A stretch of 64,000 bases of DNA from positions 112,592,001-112,656,000 of the forward strand of contig OZ024740.1 in the NCBI GenBank assembly GCA_964016885.1, read 5' to 3'. The notes below the pieces were generated by a model that ran no database searches, was not told the DNA's origin, and worked only from the letters and a program-made list of their open reading frames with translations. This DNA is from Eledone cirrhosa. Lineage: Eukaryota. The translations under genes and the position numbers were made by a program. Every line of letters starts with the position of its first letter. Position 1 is the stretch's first letter. Positions 27,298 through 41,063 of this stretch are shown here, one piece after another.

Positions 27298-28389
27298 TTT
27301 AAGCGAGAATAAACTCTATTTATGGGAGTATAAACCAGATGGACAAAAATGTCTATCTGGTTTGTATCCCATAAATAGAGTTTTTCTCGCTTAAATTTAA
27401 TATATATAATATTGCATCTTTGAGTGATTCCAGTCATTGAGCTGTTTAAGTATTAGAGACTAATTAATCTTTAATTAATATATATAGACATATATACTGT
27501 ATTATATTAAACACATGACAAACTGTCATACACTTTCCTAGGTACACGGAGTTTCCTGGTACAAGTTTATACTATTGATGCTTCGTTCGTTTTGGTACAA
27601 GGCCAGCAACTCCTCCAGTGCATTACTGGTACTTTATTTTATCGACCCCGTAAGGATAAAAGGCAAAGTTAACCTCGGCGGGATTTCAACTCAGCACTGG
27701 GGTAATTGCTGGCCTTGTGCCAAAAAGTAGAAACAATTATATATTTGTATTATCTTAAGCCTTTACATATGTCCATATAGGGTGGATTGATTGAATTTGA
27801 ACAGCGTTGATTGAAATGTCTTTGTTGTATTTGTTCTGACTCTTATATTCTGCGTTCATATCACACTGAGGTCAACATTACTTTACATCTTTCTGGGGTC
27901 GATAAAATAAAGTACTAATCAAACATTGCTCCACATTGTTGGTCTTGTGTCTAAATTATATCTATACATATGTATGTTTGTATGTTTAAGAGCAATGTAA
28001 ATGCCTTCTTTTCATTTTGCTTTTAAGAAATAAATCAGTACGTTATCAAATATCTGTTAGGTTTAACCCTTTAGCATTTACATGACTCTATATATACTAT
28101 TATATTTTCGTGTTAAAGGCTTTATCTTACATAATATCGAATCTATGAGATTTTGATATTATTTATTTTGAGAACAATACCTTAACATCAGTATGGGTAG
28201 CTAGTTACGACCGGTGTGAACAGAAAGAGGTGAGAGAATTCTGGCCGGATACAGCCGGTTTAAATGCTAAAGGGTTAAACGGTTTTAAAGTAAAAATCAT
28301 ACAATAGAAAGAAAAAAATACGAAAAGGAATGAGTAAAGAAAAACAATTAAATGGTAAAAGTAAGAGAAAGGCAAGCAAGAAGCGCCAG

Positions 28390-28810
28390 TCTTTACATGC
28401 TTGTCTAGCCGGTATGTCTTAGCTACACCCCACGGACAAAATGGCGAAGGCATTATCTGCAGAGAGCAGTCAGTGACACTCGATGTATCAGCCACTCTAC
28501 CACACTGGACTCTTTCCTCGGGCACAATGTACCCCTCCCGATTTATCGAGAAAATGGAAGTTAGGAGACCGAGGATATCCGAGGTCTCATCGGAGACGGG
28601 GATAAAGAGGAAGCAGTCGGTCTAGTCCCACTATTTGGATATCGTCTGCCTGGATTTGCGGTCGATTTGATAAGATTGGAGACGGAGAACGTGGGTCCCA
28701 GACAAGAAACTTACCTCCCTCGAACGGGAAAAGGGATATACTGTCTAGGAGTTTTCCATTACCACGGTCGAGGCCGACTGGCTCCAATTGTGACGGGAAA
28801 CTAGCCACAT
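28390..28810 (-). pseudogene. C-terminal fragment of a CRE-like non-LTR retrotransposon (restriction-like endonuclease region)
   Basis: LEPVGLDRGNGKLLDSISLFPFEGGKFLVWD and downstream EWLIHRVSL...NAFAI-like segments resemble the EP.GL.R.DGKRPDG....W..G..L.WD motif. Confidence 0.6.
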
Positions 28811-28862
28811 CCTCTCTGTTTTCTCACACATACGCGCGCGCGGCACACACGCACACACACAC

Positions 28863-28901
<39 letters not shown>

Positions 28902-29189
28902 TTCTTCTTCTCACTAGAAATCAACTGAGTTGAAGCTTGAAGAGGGTTAAATACCAAAGACACGCCATATATCATTACGAGGCCTCTAAAACTCTGTAAG
29001 AAATGAAGAAACTTGACAGTAAGATATTTTGTCAATTATGCCTATCTGGGTAAACACACCATTCAGTTTTGCACTAATAAAAAACAACGACCTCCCCCCC
29101 ACACACTCGCGTAAAAAAATTCATTCATAATTCTAACTCGTTTTGTAGACGTAAGCCTAATTCATTTTATAATGGTTTCTTATATAGTC

Positions 29190-29377
29190 ACAAGACCAGT
29201 AATTTTTTTAAGAGGAGGGGAAAGTCGATTAAATCGACCCCAGTGCATTACTGGTGCTTTATTTTATCGACCCCATAAGGATGAAAGGCAAAGTTAACAT
29301 CGGCGAGATTTAAACTCAGACCGTAAAGAGGCACAACTCTATGCTGCAAAGCATGGCGTCCGACTCTCTACCAATAC
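29190..29377 (-). mobile_element. tRNA-derived SINE, family 1
   Basis: Reverse complement of the family consensus; partial copies at 27595-27740 and 27845-27955. Confidence 0.8.
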
Positions 29378-30193
29378 ACCACCCTAATTCATTTTATAAT
29401 AATGAATGGTTTTTTTTTTCGATTTTTCTAAGAAAAACAAACGAACAGTAATAAAACAAATATAGTCATTTCTGTTACTCTTTACAATGACTATGCAGGA
29501 GATATAAACATAAAACAAATATTAATATTTATACAACACTGATTCGTTTACGAAGATATCGACTAAATTTGAAAAGTCGCCAGCATGCAAATGAACTATA
29601 AGTAATAGTCGAATGAGTTTTTAGGTAATTTACTGACGAATGTTTGTAGTTCATTTGCACTGTGGCAGCTTTTCAAAAAGGAAACAAATATTTACACACA
29701 CACTCACACACATATATTAGTTAGTTAACCTAGCTCCAGCCTGGACTGCGGCAGTATCTATGTGGACCCCATTTCATACTTCTCTGTCTCCCTTTGCTAT
29801 CATCAATTTATGCATAGATTCCAGTAACTTCTTTTATATTATCAATGCATGACATGACATCCACCAATTATCTCCGACTATCATTGTTATCTTTAATTCC
29901 TAGTTAGATTCCAGGCTAGGTTGTCAATATATGTGACATGACACCCACCACACTTCTATGTCCATCAATGATATCTTTAGTACCTTGTTAGATTCCAGGT
30001 CACTATCATTCTTCAGGTTGTTAATGTATGTAACATGACATGCTCCACACTTTTGCCACAACTTGCCACTGATCTCACAGGACCAGTTGTGAAGCTCCCT
30101 GTTTAGGGTGTCGTTCACAAATGTCTTAAACCATTTCTCCCAGTCCAAATGCACCAACGTTTTGTTGTTTTCTCCACTCTTCACATCATTCTC

Positions 30194-30307
<114 letters not shown>

Positions 30308-30395
30308 ATGATATTAATAAATGGGAGCTATATTTATAAAACTATTTATAAGGTCTGGTTTCTTGGGTATGTCACTATTTATAAAACAAATTTTG

Positions 30396-30458
30396 TATTT
30401 TATCTGACGAGAGTGTACCGAACCTTTTTGGTACCCGTGAAATATATATAATAAAATA
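30396..30458 (+). ncRNA. Type I hammerhead motif
   Basis: tattttat-CTGACGA-..gtacc...ggtac..-GAAA-tatata-TA-ataaaata; same family as 7930-7979. Confidence 0.68.
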
Positions 30459-30968
30459 AATATGGTTTTATAAATATAGTTTCCATTTATTAATATCATT
30501 GATATTATACTCCACGAACTTGTTGAGTGCTTCGAATCTGTTATAAATAAATTTGTTGAATTACTAACAAATTAAATATCTCTTTGCTTACATATATATC
30601 TGTCTCTATGTCTCTCTATATCTTACATATATATCTGTCTCTCTATCTATCTCTCTATCTCTCTTATTTAATAATTTTATCAAATTCATTCATTCTCTAA
30701 CTCACTCATTCTGTTACATCCTTTCTCTCCCTCATTTAAATGCTCTCTTTGCCACAATCGCTTATATCATGATCTTATTCTCTCTTGTTATTCAACAGAA
30801 TAGATTCCCCAGTCAACTTCCAATGACACTAATTATGGATATCAATTATGACCGGTGTTGCTTTCAGCCAAAGTCTTTTACTGGTCTAATAGACTTGCCT
30901 ACACTGGCACAAGTAAATATATACATACTCACATATCAAAATAAATATAGATAGATATGCATAATCAA

Positions 30969-31014
<46 letters not shown>

Positions 31015-31077
31015 GTATATATATATATATATATACACACAATTACAAACACACTCACATACAGACATATATGTATA

Positions 31078-31141
<64 letters not shown>

Positions 31142-31355
31142 AAAAAATGGGGAGAAGAATACTGCAGGTTGCACATGGATAACATGTAATAAAATGAGTC
31201 CCTCATCAGTGATTTGCCGACGATCATAGATATTTCATTGCATTAAAAATCATATATATATATATATATATATATATAACGAAGGAAATGTGGTAAGGAA
31301 CCAGGTGGACCATAACGCACCAAAGTACTCAATACTTGAGGTAGTAGAGTGGGTA

Positions 31356-31478
31356 ATAGGAACCAGTAAGACCCCGACAGCTGAGCTCAAGCCGTTTCGA
31401 CGGCTAATTCTGGACTAAATTTAGTCCAGAATTAGCCGTCGAAACGGCTTGAGCTCAGCTGTCGGGGTCTTACTGGTT

Positions 31479-31483
<5 letters not shown>
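31356..31483. repeat. Perfect 128-bp spacerless palindrome
   Basis: Symmetric about ggactaaa|tttagtcc (31419/31420). Confidence 0.92.
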
Positions 31484-31527
<44 letters not shown>

Positions 31528-32098
31528 CCACGTGTCTATAGCGAAATTTACTGCTAGAAAACACACCCGCCGAGGCTATAGAACGCAAGACTTGTTGACG
31601 AAGTAAATTCTTTGTTCTGTCGTCAAAGGCCATTAACTTGCAGACCCCTGCAAGCGGAATTAGTCGATCTCGGATTTACAGAAACCTAGCGTGGATGTTG
31701 TATGTTATATGTGATGTATATTGTATGCTATACGATATGCGTTGTGTGTTGCATTCGAGGTCCGCGTGATGGTCCAGGTCAGTCAAAATCTTTCCCTGAG
31801 TTCAATTTTTTTCGTTGCTATGGCAATGCGGCTGGACTGCCGGTCGCTATATTTGATTTGCAAAGCTGTCTAAACGTATTGCTATAACTATGGGGTATTA
31901 TTCTCCATCGAGTGCTAAGCTGCATTCTGAATCTGCATTCGTTAGATTAGCCGCATCCTAAAGTTTCGTTAATGCTGTACTAAAATTTATATATATATAT
32001 ATAGTTAGAACTTAGACGGGAACAAAAACAGAGAGGCAGTACAAATAAGAGTTTATTAGGTTCACGCCTTTGAGAGTGTATATATATATATATATATA

Positions 32099-34556
32099 GT
32101 AATAATAATAAATTTGAAGACTAAAATCCAAAGAGGGCTCGATAAGGATAAATATATATAAAATATATAAGAACCGTAGAGCAAATATTTATTAAAATAA
32201 CAGATTAAAGTTTAAGCAAAGAATCGCTGCTTTCACCCTTAACGGGATCTTCTGAACCTAACAAAGTCAATCTGTAAACGCAGAACTGGAAATTTCAAAA
32301 AACGTTGCAACCGGAGGAAGACAGGAAGACGATACTTTGGTTCGTGGAAACGTTCGCTGGCTAATAACGGGAAAAAACGAATATAGTACGTCATTAATAG
32401 GAGCGGTGAAAAACAATTACGCGCAAAGACAGAACCACGTTTATGGTATAAAAGAGGTCGTAGACTAATGTTCTCTTAGGTGGTGCATAGAGACGTTCTC
32501 TGGCAATGAACGAAAAAAACGAAGATAATACGTCATATGTGTAGCGTGGAGAACAATAGCACGCAAAGACAAAACCACGTAAATGGCATAGCAGAAGTCG
32601 TAGACTAAATTCTAACTAGGAGACCGAATGAATCTCCGCTACAGAGTTAAGAACAAAGTAAATAAATACAATACAGAAGTAATAGAAATAAATAAATACA
32701 TACACTCAAACAAATACGTACATACACAAGCATACGCAAAAACTTACCATAGGCAAACAAAACCACGCACATATAAATATGTGTGTGTGTGTAAGCATGT
32801 ATACAAATAAATAAATAATTATATAAACGTATATAAATAAATAAATACGTATATAACAAGCACACACACATACCTACATGTAAATACACGAATGTTCGAA
32901 AACGTAAGTCAACCAAAACATGAAGTACACATATACACACGCCCTACATACGTACGAATCTGCATACTCACACAGACGCAAAACTCCCGTATACACATAG
33001 CAGAACCATATGTACCAGATTATCTAAAAAAAATTATACGCCATAACAATCAAATATACGTACGAGAAGGTATACGTACTTTCACAAAACATACGGATAA
33101 TATATACTTACCTATGCAAATAAGTAAAGGTATAAACAAAACATATACTTAGCTCCCACATCAAGACGTAAAATATCCATGTATAGATCGTACTATCCGT
33201 TAGGGTATAACGTGGGGCTGTAATACAGGAAAGTTTTGTGCAATTTATGTTTACAAGCCGAAATTGCCTCAGATTTTTTGTTTAAGATGTGGTCTGTGGC
33301 GTAGAGTATTTCCAGGGCCTCAGCGGCGCAGAGGTCACATGGTCTTTTATTTCCGTTATACGATCTAGCCCTAGCTAGGATCTCCCAGTGTAACTTATAT
33401 CGGGTGTGGTTGTCTTTTAGACTCCAGATATAAGCTGAAAGTGACGTCATATTCCTTCTTAAAGGGTAACGAAAAGAATGGGTATGCATGTAAAGACGCT
33501 GCTTAAATCTATTGGCAGTTAACCCTATGTAGGCCCTACGGGACGTGGGTGTTACAACCTTACATTTGTAGACAATGTTACTAGAGAGGCATTCCCGGAT
33601 AGGGGGCAATCAACCCGATTCCTACAATTACAGTTAGTACTAACTACAGCTTTGCACGTGTTCCTACGGCTAGGTAGTTTAGCTAAATTTGAAGCTGTGA
33701 TGTTATGTGCAAGGTTAGGAGTCGTAGAGTAAGAAATTTTAATAGTATTTCTATTAAAAATGTTACTATATTTATGTGTAGGGGGAAAATGCTTTGTAAT
33801 AAGGAAAAGAAAGATCTTAGCTAATGGTGTGGGCACCTCCATATTATATGGAGGGTTATACCAACAAATGCGACGGGATCTATTTCTTCTAGGTCTATTT
33901 TCGTACTCTGTATATGCTACCTTATCGACAAATCCACTTCGAGCAAGAGCTTCATTGTAATAAGTGGAATGGTCGTTGAAAATATGCTCGTTGGTGGAAA
34001 GACGGGAAAGCCTCAACGAAACGTTTCTTACCAGGTTCTTGGTTATGCTGGCAGGATGGTTGGAATGCTTACTTATGTAATTAAGCGTATCATTCGGCTT
34101 TCTATACGGGTAATACAACCCATTCACTAAATTGAGGGTAACGTCGAGGTAATTAACGACCGAGAGATTGGCCTCAACCTGTATAGAGAGGTTGAAGCCT
34201 TTAAAGAAGGCTGTGAGTTCTTTTCTGAACCTGTCGCAAGCACGAGGTCCGCACTTAGTCATGGTCAAAAGACCATCGTCACGGTACAAACCACCGCCCG
34301 CGTTGGGGAATTCGTCCTTGATAGAGGAAAGAAGGAAAAGGCCGATAAGATCAGTAACCTCCGCAGAATCACTGGCGCCCATACTCACGTCGAATGGGGT
34401 ACTATTGGATTTTTTAATCCAAATAGAGTCGTCGAAATTAATCACCGACTTTCGGACATTGAGGATGACATCAACTTCGAAATCCTTAACCACTGTGAGT
34501 GTTTTAGCGAAATTGATAGCTCTAAGGAGAAGTGGTAAAGTGATGGAGGAGTAGTA
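32099..34556 (-). mobile_element. Penelope-like element D (same family as B)
   Basis: Collinear with 14696-17155; TA-rich tracts at both ends. Confidence 0.9.
33193..34555 (-). pseudogene. Penelope-like RT + GIY-YIG, 5'-truncated, frameshift near 33600
   Basis: YYSSIT, GLYRDDGL, CNCRNRVDCP, IVY..AYIGLTANRFKQRLY.H, CDLCAAE, CKH. Confidence 0.9.
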
Positions 34557-34582
34557 AATATATATATATGTGTGTATGTATG

Positions 34583-34627
<45 letters not shown>

Positions 34628-34634
34628 ATGTATG

Positions 34635-34702
<68 letters not shown>

Positions 34703-34768
34703 AATATATGGATTTAATGAAGATATAACTGCAGTCTTTTTTAATTAGAAGTTTTCGCTGTGAAAATA

Positions 34769-34937
34769 ATTGTTTCTACTTTTGGCACTAGGCCAGCAAT
34801 TACCCAGTACATTACTGGTACTTTATTTTATCGACCCCGTAAGGATGAAAGGCAAAGTTAACCTCGGCGGGATTTGAACTCAGATAATAAAGGGCCGTAA
34901 CTCTATGCTGCAAAGCATGGTGTCCGAGCCTCTACTG
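34769..34937 (-). mobile_element. tRNA-derived SINE, family 1
   Basis: Matches consensus; flanked by duplicated tgtgaaaataat. Confidence 0.85.
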
Positions 34938-35120
34938 TGTGAAAATAATGAAGCACAAACACTTTCAACTATTCTTCTGTACACAGAAAGACATACGAGA
35001 ATACCTTATGTTGTGTATAACTCCATTAGCTGCATCACCTTTTATATAATATGCATAGAAACGTAGAAAAATGATATACTGTATTGCGACTATATTTAAT
35101 TGATTTATATAATAGACGTA

Positions 35121-35242
35121 ATTCCTCTGATGATTTATTCGCGTCTCCAATACCTTAACCAAAATCGATAGATGATGATAGATGATTGATTGGTTAGATC
35201 GATTTTAAATTGTTCTCGAATAATTAAATGGTCATAAGGAAT
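35121..35242 (+). ncRNA. Degenerate hammerhead with a long stem II
   Basis: attcct-CTGATGA-t ttattcg...cgaataa t-TAAA-tggtca-TA-aggaat (GAAA changed to TAAA). Confidence 0.5.
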
Positions 35243-35455
35243 AAGAACTTTTTCCACCCGAAATACGTATTCTTCCTATATATGTTTGCTTTTTGTGTGT
35301 ACAACATACTGTGTGTTCTCATAAGATATATGGTTCTTTCTATATATACATATATCTATAAATTTGAATTATTGATACTCTGGACAAATGTAAATTGAGC
35401 TATTCTATTGAGAAGTACAATTATCATACATACTTGATATGTTATGATACCTTAA

Positions 35456-35486
<31 letters not shown>

Positions 35487-35565
35487 GGAAAATGTTTAAC
35501 CCCGACGGCAGAGCTAAAGCCGTTTCGAGGGCTATTTCTGGACTACTGTTCATTGGTTTCTCTTA

Positions 35566-35656
<91 letters not shown>

Positions 35657-36132
35657 CAAATGGAAGTACAGCATAATCGGAGCTCTGGCTACAGCTATGC
35701 TAACGAATGCAATCGGAATGGGCAGCTAAGCACTCAATAAGGTATATTACTTTAGAGTAATAACATTACGTTTAGACAGCTTGGCAAATTGAAGATTGTG
35801 ACCGGTAAGCCAGCCGCAAGAACCAAAGCAACGAGAAAACCAATTCAGGATAATTTGACAAACCTGGACCATCCCGTCGATATTAAGCAATATCTCTGGT
35901 AGGTTTCTGTGAAGCCGAAATCAACAAAATCTACTTGCAGACTATGCAAGTTATTGGTTTTGGAAGATCGAACAGAGGGTTCACTTTCTCAGCAGGTATC
36001 CGTTCTATGCTACGCCGGGTGTGAGTTATAGCAGTAAGACTGCTGGCGGTCACGTGGTTTTTCCAAAGGGAGGTAACCCCGGGTTTTGGTGGTCGAAATT
36101 CAAATTTTGAACAAAGGAATAAATTCCTTTCC

Positions 36133-36191
<59 letters not shown>

Positions 36192-36438
36192 GTGTGTGGT
36201 TGATGGCTGAGAGAAAGGAGTACTCAATACCGAAGTAGAGTTTTAATATTCATTTATTATGACTGAATAGTGAGTTTTGCTACTCTGTAATTTCGTCCAT
36301 TGAGCTGAGAAACATAAGTATCATACATATTATATATGTTGTGATACCTTAAATTCCTATATAATACAGACACACACACGCAAGCACGCACACACGCGCG
36401 CGCGCACGCACGCACACACACACACACACACACATATA

Positions 36439-36474
<36 letters not shown>

Positions 36475-37364
36475 CACACACATATATATATATATATATG
36501 AAAGAGAGAAAGAAAAGGGGATAGAAGTGTGAGTGAGCGAGTGAGACAACATTGCAAGCTAGTGGGTCATGTAATATGATATTGTTGTAGAGTAATTGGA
36601 ATATTTAAGTAGATAGATAATTTGATAAAATATAAAACTACGCAGCTTGAACAGTTGTAATAATGTATTTTTTTTATATGTGAGAAAGTAATGCGATAGC
36701 TTTAGTTCAAAGAACATTGATTCTTCTTTATTGAGGCACAAGGTCACGTATTTTAGGAGAAAGGTCGTCGTTCATTGACGGGTATATATTTTTGAGTCTG
36801 CATGGAAAAATGAAAGGCAAACTTAGTCCCGTTGGGGTTTGAATTTAGAATATAAAATAAGCACGTAATTAATACCGAGTTTTTTTTAAATCCGTCCCTC
36901 TACTATTTCTACCCTCGAATACCTTTAAGTACAAACAAAAAAACATTGAAATATGATAAGGTCATAGGGTAGAAATAGTAACATTCATTTTAATTATGGC
37001 ATGATTGGAACAAAATGTAAATACGATGTTGGAATATTTAACGGTAGCAACTTTGAGCAAACAATCAACCAGATTATGTTTCTTTCAATACCAGCTGTAT
37101 CAACTTCATCAAGCTATCTCAGTTTATGAGGATTTGGCAGGTCTAGGACAGTGGTTTCGAACCCAGCGTCTGCAAAGATAGCGATGGGGCCCATGTGATA
37201 AGCTTACAATTTATAGTAGTTTGTTATAAACATAATATACACATGCTACTGGGTACGTATAGGCATTTCTCTCTTTTGATTGTTATTCTTACTCTGTGCT
37301 AATCTGAGAAAGTAATAATTGTATTAGGGTGTACGTGTTTGAGAACCGCTGGTATTGGGATACA

Positions 37365-37645
37365 TATCTTTACTGAGCTAACCAAATGACCCCCGCCCCA
37401 GGGGAACCTCACTTTACTGCACCCTTATGAGTACATCTTTTTACTGCGTCTCCTAGGGCTATTTCTCTCTACTGAGCCAACCAAATGAGCCTCCTAAATG
37501 TTCTCTTTACTGAGTGAACCAACCAAGCCTCATAAGGGTACTTCTCTTTACTGAGCCAACCAATCAAACCTTCTAGGAGTACTTTTCTTTACTGAGCCAA
37601 CCAAATGAACCTCCTAGGAATTTTTCCTTTTACTGAACTAAACAA
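37365..37645. repeat. Degenerate ~40-bp minisatellite
   Basis: Recurrent tctttactgagccaaccaaatga..ctcctagg units. Confidence 0.8.
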
Positions 37646-38296
37646 GCTTCTACATCAGAGATCCCCAAAGTGTTCGATATTGACGATCAAGTGTCAATCA
37701 AACATTTGGAAAAAAACCTGACATTTGTATAAGAAATTAAAATGAATAAATATATAAAACACAACCTTGCTTATCTAGGTTTCTGTGTTATATAGAATTA
37801 GTCGTTACTGTCTATTTTTGTATTTTGTATACTGGTTTATTTATTTAGCTATCTATTTCTGTACATGTCTTGGGTCAAGGATTCTACAGCAGGATCGATT
37901 ATCGGGGGTTCTAGTTCTACATGGTCACTTAAGGCCCAGATATATTTTTATAAGAGCTTGCTTGGTCTACGAACACATCCTTTTACAGAGCCAACGAAAG
38001 AATATCTACATGATACATATATCAAGTTTGCCATTCAACTGTAACATCTACACATATTTTCCTAAATCATGAGGATTTGCTATGTTTAATGATCATCTAC
38101 ATAGTCTCTCTGGGTCCAGTCATACTAAGTTCACATTCAATTATAAACTTCATGAATTGACATATCAATACACTTAAATATAAAGGTGATCACGAATTAA
38201 CAGTTCAGAAAAAAACTGCAACTTCAGAATTAATCTAGTTTGGAACTATATAATTCTTGAGATTTGAAAAGTTTGCTGTTATTATTATGGTGCTTT

Positions 38297-38486
38297 AGGG
38301 CGGTGGATTGGCAATATCGGTAGAGGGTCGGACGCCCTGCTTTGACGCATAGAGTTACGGCTCTTGCCATTCTGAGTTCAAATCCCACCGAGGTTAACTT
38401 AGCCTTTCATCATTATGGGGTCGATAAAATAATGTACCAGTAATACACTGGGTAATTGCTGGCCTTGTGCCAAAAGTAGAAACAAT
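38297..38486 (+). mobile_element. tRNA-derived SINE, family 1
   Basis: Full copy; ttattatggtg occurs on both flanks. Confidence 0.88.
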
Positions 38487-38975
38487 TATTATGGTGGTCA
38501 GGTGAAAAATTTCTACATCAAAATTCAAAATGTGAGGAATTGAGGAACCTGGGATCACAAGGGAAGGAAAGCGATCTGTCGACCTGAGAATTGTTGGTCT
38601 TGTGTGATATTCAACTAGTGTTAAAGAGAGTTCTAAGTTGTTGAAGATGTAAATAGTTACTTTATAAGGAAATTACACAATATTTGTTTCGGTTACTTAC
38701 CAGTTTCATATACACTGTGACACACACGCACACACATGCATACACACACACACATAGATATATACACATATACACATACAACCACATATATACACACACA
38801 CATATATATACACACACATATATATATATACACACATACCATATATACATTCAGTTATAGGCTCACCCTGGGGTGAAATGCTATACTATGAGACAGTGGA
38901 ATATTTACTCATCAGTCGCTATTCGGAATTTCTCATTATCGATCTTCTTACGTGTGTGCATGAAGAGAGAGAAAG

Positions 38976-39023
<48 letters not shown>

Positions 39024-39062
39024 AAATAGAGAGTCAATCATATCTTTGTTTCCTCGCATGGA

Positions 39063-39104
<42 letters not shown>

Positions 39105-39383
39105 CGTTTCTGAATTTGTTTAGCAAGATTCTTTATCTGAAAACGTGTGTTGAAACCGATATTGTTATACTTAAGGACAAAATGAAAATGAAAACACACA
39201 CGCACATAGAACAAACAACCAACCAGTAACATACAATATAAACAAATAAATAAACGAATATAAACACACACAGACACCCGGATGTAACACATGCGCAAAC
39301 TAAGCACACAACACACACACACAAACAAGATGGCGTAGGACAGAACAAAGGAGAGGCACAAAAAACAAAGAAAAGAATCCCCA

Positions 39384-39426
39384 GTCACTGAAGAGGTCAC
39401 AGAAAGTGTGACGAAAGAACTTTGAC
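39384..39426 (+). ncRNA. Minimal type I hammerhead motif
   Basis: gtca-CTGAAGA-g-gtcaca gaaag tgtgac-GAAA-gaac-TT-tgac. Confidence 0.65.
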
Positions 39427-39548
39427 AATATATAACCAACCAACCGGAAATTTATAAATTCCTAAATTTATAAATTTATTATAATAAATTGAAGTGAAAG
39501 CAACTGGTGCGTGTGTTTCTTATTGGCAACATCACCCTCCCAAAGTAT

Positions 39549-39618
<70 letters not shown>

Positions 39619-40306
39619 TGGACCTGCGACGTGTCCCAGCTGTTTGATTAACGCAACAGCCTACTCGCGAAATCAACGTGTAAATAGCTGAGCATTCAAC
39701 AGACATGTTTACCCTGATCTTATTTCTTAAGGAAATTTAGTACTGTGTGACAAGGCTGGTCATTTGAATTGCTGTCACAACCCATTTTTGCCAGCTGAGT
39801 GAACTGGAGTAACGTGAAATCTAGTGTCTTGTTGAATGACACATAGTGTCTCTGGGAATCGAACTCACAAACTTACGATCGTGAGTCAAATAGCCTAACA
39901 GACGATCGAGCGTAGGGGGTAAATGGAGAGACACAGGGAGAGAGAGAGAGATGTAATATAACAGACCAGAGGTGGGGAACCTGCGTGCTTGAGGCCGCAT
40001 GCGGCCTCCGTGAGTTTCTTGTGCGGCCTTCATAAAAGCTAGCTCTTGTATTAATTAATAATTTATCATTTTGATTACAACAATTTCAAAATTAATGGAA
40101 TTAAATAAGAACGGTATGAATGTAAGTTTCAGTGACTACTGGTGGTAATAGCCAATTGTAGAATGTCAGGTGGCGTTCTACAATTGGCTGTTGTAAAAAA
40201 GACGCTTGTGACTTGTCATTTGTCAATCTTGTAACGTGCTTGTGACAGTCTCGTCTCGTATTGCTACCGGCCATTGTGAAAATCTAGTTATTATTGTTTT
40301 AATTAA

Positions 40307-40971
40307 CGAGTAAGTTACCCGCTCTTTGTGCGTGATGAATAAAAATATGTTAAAAATCAAATAGATATTGATTGGTTAAATTAACCAATTAAAGACCAAT
40401 TTATTGTATCAAAATTAAAAGTACACACATAGTATTATATAAATGTAAAATATGAAAAATTATGAATTTTGAAAAACATAATCATAGACTACGTTTCGAA
40501 CTTTTCTAGACATAGTTATAATAGATGATGGTCCATTTCGTGTCCTTGATAAAGTAACGTATAATTGGTCATGTGTAAAAAAAGGAGTTGGGTGATAGAT
40601 GGCAATTTTGCTAAGAGTTTGACATTGCGATTTGTTGGCAGTCATCGCAAAAGCCAGTCGGATAGGTAATTGTAGTCTAGAAAAAGTAAAAGGCAGTGTA
40701 ACAGCAACATAGCAACAAATAAATCAAAAACTACAAAAGACATAATTTGTTTAACTACAAATAACATAATTTGTTTGAAATTCATTTATAAAAAACATAA
40801 CGGAGACATTCATATACTTACCGGGAAAAATGGTAAAAAGGGAAGCCATTTTAAAGCATTAACTGACCAATCAAAATCGTGAATTGTTTGACCAATCTTT
40901 ACTCATTTTTTGTGTACACGACCGTCTTCACAAATAAATTATGCTCCAAACTTTTTAATATATAATATAGA
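40307..40971 (-). mobile_element. Internally deleted Helitron nested in the hAT 5' region
   Basis: Minus strand starts a|TC, ends with hairpin cgc..gcgg plus CTCG|t (eroded CTAG); carries a Pif1-type helicase C-terminus. Confidence 0.7.
40460..40690 (-). pseudogene. Helitron Pif1-family helicase C-terminal fragment
   Basis: FSRLQLPIRLAFAMTANKSQCQTL...FTHDQLYVTLSR...RNVVY matches Pif1 motifs V/VI. Confidence 0.85.
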
Positions 40972-41063
40972 TTTGTGGTTTTACTAGTACACGGTGTTAT
41001 TGTATTGCTAGCAAGTATACGCTTTCTTAAAGATAATATTTGATATTTGTTTTTACTCCATCA

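Noticed and set aside
28960-29080. Possible minus-strand host exon
   Set aside because: A plausible acceptor, but all frames close quickly and no recognisable peptide
37149-37351. hAT-type MITE (cagtggttt...aaccgctg)
   Set aside because: The TIR match is weak and no 8-bp TSD is visible
37365-37645. Repeat-spacer-like array
   Set aside because: The intervening segments resemble each other; it is a degenerate minisatellite
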